Of a stretch of DNA of 64,000 nucleotides, positions 1 to 7,839 are shown piece by piece (the stretch's first letter is position 1; every line of letters begins with the position of its first letter). Where the stretch lies: contig JBFWOZ010000007.1 in NCBI GenBank assembly GCA_050250255.1, forward strand, positions 9,200-73,199, read 5' to 3'. The notes under the pieces are model-generated. The model worked only from the letters and a program-made list of their open reading frames with translations. It was not told where the DNA came from and searched no databases. Made by a program: the position numbers and the translations under genes. Origin of the DNA: Bdellovibrionales bacterium. Lineage in GTDB: Bacteria; Bdellovibrionota; Bdellovibrionia; Bdellovibrionales; DASUEL01.

Positions 1-696
1 TTGTTCTTCAGTTCCGTAGTGAATTAAAAGTTCGGCAGGTCCAAGGGAGTTAGGAACCATCACTGTAATCGCGGCAGGAATGCTGCGTGTGCTTAACTTC
101 ATGATCACTTCACTGTGAGCCATTGCTGTGAATCCAAGGCCTCCATATTCTTTCGGAATAATCATTCCGAGAAACTTTTCTTTTCTTAAATAATCCCAAG
201 CTTCTTTTGAGAGCTGACGGTTTTTCCAAACTTCCCAGTCGTCAATCATTTCACAGAGTTTATCCACGGGACCGTTAATAAATTTCTGTTCTTCTTCTGT
301 AAGTGTTGGATAAGGCTCTTGCATCACCTTTTTAAAATTAGGTTTTCCTGAAAACAAATCGCTCTCTACCCAAACCACACCTGCTTCAAGAGCTGTACGT
401 TCTGTTTCCGAAATGTGAGGTAGAAACTTTAATGCTTGAAGTGTTTTCATCACGCCGGAAGAAACAAGCATTGCTCTAAGAGGTTTAATATTAAAAACAA
501 TCGCGATGGCTGCGAATGTTAAAAAGGCCCACATTGGAACTCCGATGCCGACAAAAACTGCCGCTAAGATCGCAGTCCAAATAATGAGCGGAGCTCCCAT
601 AAACCCTACGGTCAAAATGGCGAATACGGATGCCAAGATGTAGTATTGAAAATGTTCTCCGTAGAAGAAGCCCATAAATTGTTCAAAGTTTTCCAT
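1..696 (-). CDS. fadE: acyl-CoA dehydrogenase, FadE-type, N-terminal part (gene runs off the left edge of the window)
   Basis: Own translation of the minus strand from ATG at comp(694..696) gives MENFEQFMGFFYGEHF... Two N-terminal hydrophobic helices are followed by KEYGGLGF and NSLGPAELLIHYGTEEQ blocks, which resemble the E. coli FadE N-terminus from memory. The frame stays open to position 1, so it is absent from the ORF track. Confidence 0.75.
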   Translation of the reverse strand, partial: MENFEQFMGFFYGEHFQYYILASVFAILTVGFMGAPLIIWTAILAAVFVGIGVPMWAFLTFAAIAIVFNIKPLRAMLVSSGVMKTLQALKFLPHISETERTALEAGVVWVESDLFSGKPNFKKVMQEPYPTLTEEEQKFINGPVDKLCEMIDDWEVWKNRQLSKEAWDYLRKEKFLGMIIPKEYGGLGFTAMAHSEVIMKLSTRSIPAAITVMVPNSLGPAELLIHYGTEEQ

Positions 697-970
697 TTTT
701 TTCCCTTCGCTTAAGCGAGCATGTCCACGATAAAATTCGGCAAAATCAGCGATTTAGTTAACTCTATTCTCTTTTAAATTCTCTATTACGGGAAGCTATT
801 GCGATCTAAATCTTAAATTCTTCCCTAGACCTTTGTCTTCTTTTGTACGAGAGAAGCTATAGAAGTTTAGAAACTTTTTTTAGCCGAAAGTCGAGGTTGA
901 TTTTTTTTTTAAATAAAGAGAGGCTGAAGAATAACTTTCTGAATCAATTGAAGAGACCGATTAACTCTGA

Positions 971-2305
971 GTGCATCAAGATATGGTAGATTTTGGCAAA
1001 AACTGGAAAAGTGACAATATGTCCCCTCGTCGTCACAGGAGGCTAGGCCCTTCTTTGAGCCAGTCGAAGTTTTTTCTATGGTCTTTCGTACTTACAGTTT
1101 TTATTGGGAGCGTCGGCTTCTTTTTTTACCACGCAACCTCAGTAAACCTCAATCATCGTAAAATCTCAAAATTGATCGGACCAGCGATCGCCGCTAACAA
1201 CTGGCCAAAGACCGCAGTCTATTCTAAAGGAAACATCAAAACTTCCCTCAGTATTAGCTACACCACGGACGCTGTGAGCCAAGAGGCCATCCAAAAACTT
1301 TTTAATGCTTACAAGCCAGATTACGGCGCCCTCGTGGCAATGGATGCTGAAACTGGCCGCATTCTCTCCATGGTGAGTTACACACGTGACAATGAGCCCG
1401 TAGGTAATTTGTCTCTCAGAGCCACGTTTCCTGCGGCATCTGTTTTTAAATTGATCACCGCGACTGCCGCCGTAGAAAGCGCGCAACTGACCCCAGAGAC
1501 AATGATTGCGTTTAGCGGAGGTAGTCACACTCTTTACCGTCGTAACGTTTACGATAAAAAGATCAACCGTTGGACAAGAAATATTTCGCTGAAGCAAGCT
1601 TTCGCACTTTCCGTAAATACAGTTTTTGCTAAACTCGGTCTTGAGCATATGGCACCAAGCACTCTTGCAGAATACGCTCATCGTTTTAAATTTAACCAAG
1701 ACATCGATTCGGACATTCCGGTACAGCCAAGTGTAGCGAAAATTCCAGATGAAGCGACTTGGGAAATTGCAGAAGTGGCTTCAGGTTTCAACAAAGTGAA
1801 TACCTTAAGTCCTCTTCATGGAGCGATGCTTGCAGCCGCCGTTGTAAACGATGGCGTGATGATGACTCCTTACCTTGTAGATTCCATGCAAAATGAAGAT
1901 GGTGAAACGGTTTACTCGGGAGTGCCCAAAATAGATTCAGTGATTATGGAACCGAAAACTGCGGAGAAAATCAAAATCCTAATGGCAGAGACGGTAAAAT
2001 CTGGAACTTCTCGTAAAATGTTTCGTGATCTTGTTCGTTCTCCGGCTTATGACCGCGTGTCTTTCGGTGGGAAATCAGGTTCGATGACAGGTCTAGATCC
2101 ACAAGGGAAAACAGATTGGTTTGTGGGTTATGCTCAAAGTGGTGATAGAAAAATCGCTGTTTCTGTAATGACCATTCATAAGAAGAATTGGACCGTGCGC
2201 TCGGCTTATCTTGTGCGCAGATACATCCAAAGTTATTTAGAAAATAACGGAGCGATACAGGCAGAAAGCAAGACCTCTCGCCGTTCTAAAAGAGATCGTA
2301 TCTAA
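971..2305 (+). CDS. penicillin-binding protein, transpeptidase domain with single N-terminal membrane anchor
   Basis: 444-aa ORF with TM helix FFLWSFVLTVFIGSVGFFFY. The motifs SVFK (SxxK), SVN (SxN) and KSGS (K[ST]G) occur in the canonical order. The start is GTG 971; ATG 983 or 1019 are alternatives. Confidence 0.75.
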   Translation: MHQDMVDFGKNWKSDNMSPRRHRRLGPSLSQSKFFLWSFVLTVFIGSVGFFFYHATSVNLNHRKISKLIGPAIAANNWPKTAVYSKGNIKTSLSISYTTDAVSQEAIQKLFNAYKPDYGALVAMDAETGRILSMVSYTRDNEPVGNLSLRATFPAASVFKLITATAAVESAQLTPETMIAFSGGSHTLYRRNVYDKKINRWTRNISLKQAFALSVNTVFAKLGLEHMAPSTLAEYAHRFKFNQDIDSDIPVQPSVAKIPDEATWEIAEVASGFNKVNTLSPLHGAMLAAAVVNDGVMMTPYLVDSMQNEDGETVYSGVPKIDSVIMEPKTAEKIKILMAETVKSGTSRKMFRDLVRSPAYDRVSFGGKSGSMTGLDPQGKTDWFVGYAQSGDRKIAVSVMTIHKKNWTVRSAYLVRRYIQSYLENNGAIQAESKTSRRSKRDRI

Positions 2306-3437
2306 CCTCTCGCGGTTCTTGCGTAGCATCTGTAATAACATCAAAATACAGTCGACCTATTTCACGTCCATCAGAAGTTTCCACTCGCACTTGCCAAGCG
2401 CCGGGCTGATAGTTTGATTTAAGAGCGTAGCCACGATATCCGGCATCACGGCCACCGGAAATCGCAAGCGGGATGATATCGGTATTAGCCCAACCATATT
2501 TAGGATCTTTAAAGAGCCAACGAATTTGAACTTTGTCACTGAAATGCGAAGGCGAAAACAAAGAAACGAAGAAGTAAATTTTGTCTTCGGGACGTGCCGA
2601 AAAAGTCTGTGCCCCCTTTTGCCAAAATCTCCACCAATCTCGATAGTAACCCATCTTGAATTTTCCATCACTTTTTTCTGCAGAATAATAAACACCGACG
2701 TCAGTGAGCGAAAGTGGAACTGGTGGAATCATTTGAAATATGTAGAGAAAAAGAAAGATCGCAAGTACCGCAACCGAAGGCATCGCAACTTCTTTGCGAA
2801 TAAAATTCTCATCAAATTTTCTGCGGCGTAGATGCCACACAAAAAGAGAGATGATCGAGATGCTTGCGAGAAGTGACAAAGTAAAAGGAAGAAGCCCGAT
2901 ATGCCTTAAAAGAATTGGCATGAGATAAGAGAAAAAACAAGTGAGGCAAAGAGCATAGAGCGCGAACCGCATCATCAACCCGTACTTTTGAAATCTTGGA
3001 AGTTCATTCAAAATAAGTAATGCGGCAATGAGACCCACAAAAACAAAAGATGTAAAGAGCGATGAGCTTTTAAGAAAAAACAAAGTGTAAGTGCTCAGAA
3101 GGCTTCCGAAAAGAAAGTGTACGGCCATTTCACGATAGCCGAGGAGTTTTTGAACCCAGGGTGGCATTTGTAAACGATTAAACAGTTCATAGGATTCGGC
3201 CACAAGAAGAATTCCGATGATGATTAAATAAACGGTTTGCTGAATCAGTGAAAAAAGCGAATCAATACGATCAAGAGTGATCACATCAAAAATGAATCCG
3301 CCAATAAAGAAAAGGGCGGGCACTTTGTGCTCATGTTTTTGATAGAAGCTCATCGCTTGTTGATGTTTTTCTTTTACAAAGTCCACCATAGAATCCCTCA
3401 GATGAATGAATAAGAAGTGCAGAAAAGATGCCACCAA
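2286..3437 (-). CDS. polytopic membrane protein with C-terminal soluble beta-rich domain (DUF2914-like)
   Basis: 383-aa ORF with about 8 hydrophobic helices. The C-terminal ~120 aa (YFFVSLFSP...WQVRVETSDGREIGRLYFDV) resembles the DUF2914 domain from memory. Its 3' end overlaps the convergent PBP gene by 20 nt. Confidence 0.55.
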   Translation of the reverse strand: MVASFLHFLFIHLRDSMVDFVKEKHQQAMSFYQKHEHKVPALFFIGGFIFDVITLDRIDSLFSLIQQTVYLIIIGILLVAESYELFNRLQMPPWVQKLLGYREMAVHFLFGSLLSTYTLFFLKSSSLFTSFVFVGLIAALLILNELPRFQKYGLMMRFALYALCLTCFFSYLMPILLRHIGLLPFTLSLLASISIISLFVWHLRRRKFDENFIRKEVAMPSVAVLAIFLFLYIFQMIPPVPLSLTDVGVYYSAEKSDGKFKMGYYRDWWRFWQKGAQTFSARPEDKIYFFVSLFSPSHFSDKVQIRWLFKDPKYGWANTDIIPLAISGGRDAGYRGYALKSNYQPGAWQVRVETSDGREIGRLYFDVITDATQEPREVRYDLF

Positions 3438-3600
3438 GCATGGTCCTTTAAGGGGCTATCGAAGGCTGTCTTGGTAAGGAGTGACATTCAAGGGCACACA
3501 CTTTTTTATTCCTAAACACTAGAGCTTACATCAAATTCAATAGATTGAAGTTGGGCTGGAATGCTTATCGCATTGCTTAGCTCTATTGGAAGAGGTGTTT

Positions 3601-4053
3601 ATGAAATGTTTTATGACTTTAATGGCTTTTGTTGTTTCGGGCTCAGCTCTTGCTAGTGAAGATCAAAGTCGATTTGAACAAGCTAAGGTTGGTGGATCTA
3701 AGTTTGTCACACCGCTGTCTTCTCTTATCTGTGAAAGAAAACATGAGAGCGGTGGTGTCCTGATAGAGCTTAAAAAAATAGCAGGTCAAACCTTTCATTA
3801 TAAAAAAATTGTTCGTAGCGGAGTGAGGGTGTACGGGGTCTATTTTCCAAAGGTTACTCTTATAGAAGATGTTGTGGAGTGCGAGCAGAATAAGGAAGAT
3901 AGCGCGAAGGTTGCATGTCGCTCTCCAGATCGGTGGACCTCTGTCAGAACAAATGATCCAGAAACGAATGCACAGCAGATTCATGTCAGTACGGGCGATA
4001 GACAAGAAATACGTATTGTAACATTTGAACGACGAGAGTGCTCTGTAAAGTAA
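3601..4053 (+). CDS. small secreted four-cysteine protein (paralog A)
   Basis: ATG 3601 is preceded by GGAAGAGG. Signal peptide MKCFMTLMAFVVSGSALA. It has four Cys in the same pattern as the next ORF. No family recognised. Confidence 0.6.
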   Translation: MKCFMTLMAFVVSGSALASEDQSRFEQAKVGGSKFVTPLSSLICERKHESGGVLIELKKIAGQTFHYKKIVRSGVRVYGVYFPKVTLIEDVVECEQNKEDSAKVACRSPDRWTSVRTNDPETNAQQIHVSTGDRQEIRIVTFERRECSVK

Positions 4054-4074
4054 AATGGTTACGAAGCGGAATTA

Positions 4075-4539
4075 ATGAAAAGAGAGAAAATGCGTTTTGT
4101 TTATTTGCTTAGTTTATTTTTAGCTTCTGCGATCGGTGTCTCAGCTTCTGAGGCTCAGCAAGATACAAGTGTCTCTGCGGCAGCATTTTCACAGTTTTTG
4201 TGTGAAGAAAAGGAGGGTGAGGCGACGATTCTGAGAATTGAGCTTCGAAAAAAGTCAGAAAACGCCTACGTATTAAACCATCTTTTGCTTGTTGATCGTG
4301 ATGAAAAAGGAAATCTTTTGGAGCAACCCCTGGTGACCGACACCTCTCATCTTGTTTTTTGCCAACAAGATGGTCTAGATCCAATGAAGGTTCTTTGTAG
4401 CGGTACACAAGCTTACTTAAATTCTAATAATACATATACGAACCAAGATATTATTCACTTTGCAATTTCTCCCAAAGACCCTCGCATCTCTTATCGAGTT
4501 CTTCGGGCAGATTGCAAAATTCAAATGGACCTTAAGTAA
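4075..4539 (+). CDS. small secreted four-cysteine protein (paralog B)
   Basis: Signal peptide MRFVYLLSLFLASAIGVSA (alternative start ATG 4090). It aligns with 3601..4053 at LCEEK/LICERK, IELRKK/IELKK, FCQQ/ECEQ, KVLC/KVAC and a C-terminal DC/EC. Confidence 0.6.
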   Translation: MKREKMRFVYLLSLFLASAIGVSASEAQQDTSVSAAAFSQFLCEEKEGEATILRIELRKKSENAYVLNHLLLVDRDEKGNLLEQPLVTDTSHLVFCQQDGLDPMKVLCSGTQAYLNSNNTYTNQDIIHFAISPKDPRISYRVLRADCKIQMDLK

Positions 4540-4553
4540 AGGGAGATGGAGTT

Positions 4554-6185
4554 ATGATTTTTAAATTCACAGTCCCGATGATTGCGGTGATAACCCTAGT
4601 AGGCTGCCAAGCGCAGTTTAAAGCGGCGAATGGCCCCGGACAAACTTCCACGGTTGCTCCAGCGGCACCACCGCCACTTCCGACTCCTTATTCACAAAAT
4701 CAGCAGCAACCTGCGGCAGCGCAAAATTCTGCGACTCCAGCGGCATCCAATAATCATTCACAAGAGCAACAACAAAACCCAATGCCTTCTAGAAACCAAA
4801 ACAATGAAAGACCTGTCCTGCACGAGGACCCCTATGAAATTAGCACAGACATGTCTCACTGCGAGCCCGATTGCGGGCCTTCGCGACCCCTTCCACAACC
4901 AACAAATAATAAGCCTGTTGAAAATAAGAAGCCGCCTGTGGGAACGCCGATGATTATCAGCAAACCAACAAAGCCGCCGGTGGTTTTAATTCCGATGCCC
5001 CCTAAAACTCAACCAACGACACCAGCGCCTACACCGACGCCCGCTCCGGTGCCTACGCCGGCACCCACTCAAACTCAAAAGCCACAACCTAAAGGAACAT
5101 TGATCAACATAGGTCAGCCACGGCAAGTCACCCTAATTCCTATGCCAAAAAAACTTGAGAGCGATGTTGGTTGTAACAAAAAAACAATTCAGCAACCTCA
5201 GCTAAAGTTAAAGAAGCTCGATCTCCTTTTTGTTCTCGATACATCAAACTCACTTTTTAAAGAGCGAGGCGCTGTGGCCGAAGGAATTGATCAATTCATT
5301 TCTAAGCTCCCGGCGGATATTGATTTTCGTATTGGAGTGATGGCGGGTCATGGAAGCAAAAGCACGCTTACAGGCCAACTCTATAAAAAAGCGAGTAGTT
5401 CGGAGCCGTTAGTGCTTAACTCCTCGGAGCTTTCTTCGCAGCAGTTACGACTCACACTCAAAGATAAACTCACGCAAATTCCCGGGGATCGCCTTTCTGA
5501 TGGTGGCGAGATGAGCATGTATTCTCTGAATAAAGCTTTTGATACTATGAATGTTTCAAAAATGAAATCGGCTGGTTTTTTAAGAGAAGACGCGGCGCTT
5601 GCGGTGATTTTTTTTGCAGATGAAAACGATATTTGTGCTCAATATCCTTCGGGAGTGAAACCTAAAATCGATAAACAAGGACAAGAAAATCTGATTAAAA
5701 AATCAGGTGTGTGCACGGGCATCACGGCTCTTGGTATCGTAAAGAAGATTCAGTCTGTAAAAGGAAAACAGCCAGTAGCTCTTAACGGAATTCTCTATAC
5801 GGATGACCGTACAATCAAAAACCATGATCGTAGCGATGCCTGGTCAGAAGAGAACGAAGTGGGTTACGGATACACGGACATGATTCGTTTAAGTAACGGG
5901 ATTGTCGTAGACCTCGCAAAAGGAAACTATGCCGAGGCACTTTCAAAAATTGGCGAAAAGGTAAATATGAAGCTTTCGACTTCGCTTGAGATTCCTTTGG
6001 CCGCGAGATCAAAAGACTACAGCATCCGTGTGGAAAGCGTGACAATGAATGGTCAAGAATTGCCACGGGTCGGTTACGAAAAAGAAAACGGTTACAATCA
6101 CGCGCAAGAATTAGAAAGCGTTCACTTGCTCTCGGGTAGTCCGGGAGCTATGGTTGAAATCGAATATTGCGAGCAAGCAAATTAA
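4554..6185 (+). CDS. lipoprotein with Pro/Gln-rich linker and von Willebrand factor A (vWA) domain
   Basis: Lipobox LVGC at residues 15-18. A ~180-aa low-complexity P/Q/T region follows (TPAPTPTPAPVPTPAPTQTQKPQP). Next comes LDLLFVLDTSNS, a DxSxS MIDAS-type vWA start, with a further ~330 aa. Confidence 0.65.
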   Translation: MIFKFTVPMIAVITLVGCQAQFKAANGPGQTSTVAPAAPPPLPTPYSQNQQQPAAAQNSATPAASNNHSQEQQQNPMPSRNQNNERPVLHEDPYEISTDMSHCEPDCGPSRPLPQPTNNKPVENKKPPVGTPMIISKPTKPPVVLIPMPPKTQPTTPAPTPTPAPVPTPAPTQTQKPQPKGTLINIGQPRQVTLIPMPKKLESDVGCNKKTIQQPQLKLKKLDLLFVLDTSNSLFKERGAVAEGIDQFISKLPADIDFRIGVMAGHGSKSTLTGQLYKKASSSEPLVLNSSELSSQQLRLTLKDKLTQIPGDRLSDGGEMSMYSLNKAFDTMNVSKMKSAGFLREDAALAVIFFADENDICAQYPSGVKPKIDKQGQENLIKKSGVCTGITALGIVKKIQSVKGKQPVALNGILYTDDRTIKNHDRSDAWSEENEVGYGYTDMIRLSNGIVVDLAKGNYAEALSKIGEKVNMKLSTSLEIPLAARSKDYSIRVESVTMNGQELPRVGYEKENGYNHAQELESVHLLSGSPGAMVEIEYCEQAN

Positions 6186-6374
6186 TCACCATTTTGATTT
6201 AAAAAGCTTCGCCTGCTTACGGTAAACGTAGCGGGCGTGCGCGATATAGCTAGCGCACATTAAGAGCGTCAGCGAGGATGCGAAAAGTAAACCCGATTTT
6301 TGTTGAGTCGTAATGGCATAAAGCGCAAACCCTAGTAGCATCCAAGGCTTCATTTCGTACATCGACTTTTCCAA
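6186..6374 (-). CDS. small two-helix membrane protein (hypothetical)
   Basis: 62-aa ORF with two hydrophobic segments. There is no homology evidence and the gene may not be real. Confidence 0.3.
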   Translation of the reverse strand: MEKSMYEMKPWMLLGFALYAITTQQKSGLLFASSLTLLMCASYIAHARYVYRKQAKLFKSKW

Positions 6375-6556
6375 GAATTCCCCCTGTTCATTTTTTTGAT
6401 AACAACTGGTCTCTAGGCACCTGTTCTACGAAAAGGTTGCGTTTGACGACCCCATACCCTTCATAATTCAAAGTGTATTCCAAGGAATGCGTCTCAAAAC
6501 GAGACACGGGGCTCCTTTGGTTGAGAAGCGTCCTGCTTTTCGCTATTTTGATAGAT

Positions 6557-7171
6557 ATGAAAAGTCTTTTTTTAAGTTTTACTCTTTTGTTTTGTTCTTT
6601 CCAGCTTGAAGCCGCAAAGCCGAGTGTTCCCGTAAAGGTTGTTGTACTCGGTGATTCCCTCACGGAAGGATATGGATTAGATAAAGACCAAGCCTTCCCC
6701 GCACTTGTTGAAAAGAAGTTTCTCGACCGTGGGAAAAAAGTGGAAGTGATCAATGCCGGCGTGAGTGGTTCTACTTCAGCTGGTGGGCTTTCTCGCGTCG
6801 CTTGGGTTATGAAATCTAAACCTCAATTTGTTGTAGTGGCACTTGGCTCTAATGATGGCTTGAGAGGTTTAGATGTTAGCGCCTGTAAAAAAAATATTAA
6901 AGAAATTATTCAACGGGTTCGAGCTGACGGTGCCACTCCTCTTCTTATCGGTATGAAAGTGCCGCCCAACTATGGAGTAGAATACACGAAAAAATTTGAG
7001 AATATTTTTTTGGAACTCTCAGCGGAGGAAAAAGTACCATTGCTTCCATTTTTGCTTTTAGGGGTTGCAGGTCAGCCAAAATATAATCTTCCCGATGCCA
7101 TTCATCCCAACAAAGAAGGTCATAAAATTTTAGCCGAAACGGTCTATCAATTTTTAGAGAAAAATATATGA
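6557..7171 (+). CDS. tesA: SGNH/GDSL lipase-thioesterase, TesA-like, secreted
   Basis: It has VVVLGDSLTEGYG (block I), GSNDGL (block III) and DAIHPNKEGH (block V). Signal peptide starts at MKSLFLSFTLLFCSF (ATG 6557; the ORF track starts at 6473). Confidence 0.75.
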   Translation: MKSLFLSFTLLFCSFQLEAAKPSVPVKVVVLGDSLTEGYGLDKDQAFPALVEKKFLDRGKKVEVINAGVSGSTSAGGLSRVAWVMKSKPQFVVVALGSNDGLRGLDVSACKKNIKEIIQRVRADGATPLLIGMKVPPNYGVEYTKKFENIFLELSAEEKVPLLPFLLLGVAGQPKYNLPDAIHPNKEGHKILAETVYQFLEKNI

Positions 7172-7839
7172 ACTCGGATCTTCTCCTTCAAGTTCGCTCT
7201 GTGTCTAAATCCTTTGTTCAAGGTACAAATCGCATTGAAGTTTTAAAAAATTTAGAACTTTCTGTGCGCAAAGGAGAAACCGTTGCCATTCTTGGTGAGT
7301 CAGGAAGCGGAAAGTCCACGCTTTTGTCACTCCTGGCGGGCTTAGACAAACCAGATAAGGGAAATATTCTCATCGACAGTTTTGATATTAGTCAAATGAG
7401 CGAAGCGGAACTAACCAATGTGAGGGGACAGCTTTTAGGTATGGTGTTTCAGCAATACCATCTTATCCCAAGCCTCAATGCTTTAGAAAACATTAGCCTC
7501 CCTCTTGATATTCAAAAACAGGTGGATGCGGAAGTCCGTTCAAAAAATGCCTTGGCGCAGGTGGGTCTTTCTCATCGAGCGTCGCATCTTCCGCATCAGA
7601 TGAGTGGGGGAGAATGTCAAAGAGTGGCGATTGCTCGGGCGATTGTACCACGCCCTCTTCTTTTGTTGGCCGATGAGCCCTCAGGAAATTTAGATGTGAA
7701 CACCGGAACCCATGTTCTTGATATGATGTTTGACATCATTAAAACAAATCACATGACGGCACTTTTTGTCACCCATAGTGAAGAAGTCGCCAGACGATGT
7801 CAGCGCCGCGTACATTTGAAAAATGGCCAATTAGTATGA
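7168..7839 (+). CDS. ABC transporter ATP-binding protein (YbbA/LolD-like)
   Basis: Walker A GESGSGKST, signature MSGGECQRVAIARA, Walker B LLLADEPSGNLD. ATGA overlap with the tesA-like stop. Confidence 0.85.
   Translation: MNSDLLLQVRSVSKSFVQGTNRIEVLKNLELSVRKGETVAILGESGSGKSTLLSLLAGLDKPDKGNILIDSFDISQMSEAELTNVRGQLLGMVFQQYHLIPSLNALENISLPLDIQKQVDAEVRSKNALAQVGLSHRASHLPHQMSGGECQRVAIARAIVPRPLLLLADEPSGNLDVNTGTHVLDMMFDIIKTNHMTALFVTHSEEVARRCQRRVHLKNGQLV

Noticed and set aside
901-910. T10 homopolymer ~60 nt upstream of the PBP gene (and the A8 run at ~11326-11333) as slipped-strand phase-variation switches
   Set aside because: I could not place convincing -35/-10 boxes around them, and a single sequence gives no evidence of length variation. 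They are noted only as tracts to inspect in population or long-read data. The C8 tract at 37782-37789 is discussed under findings because of its context.
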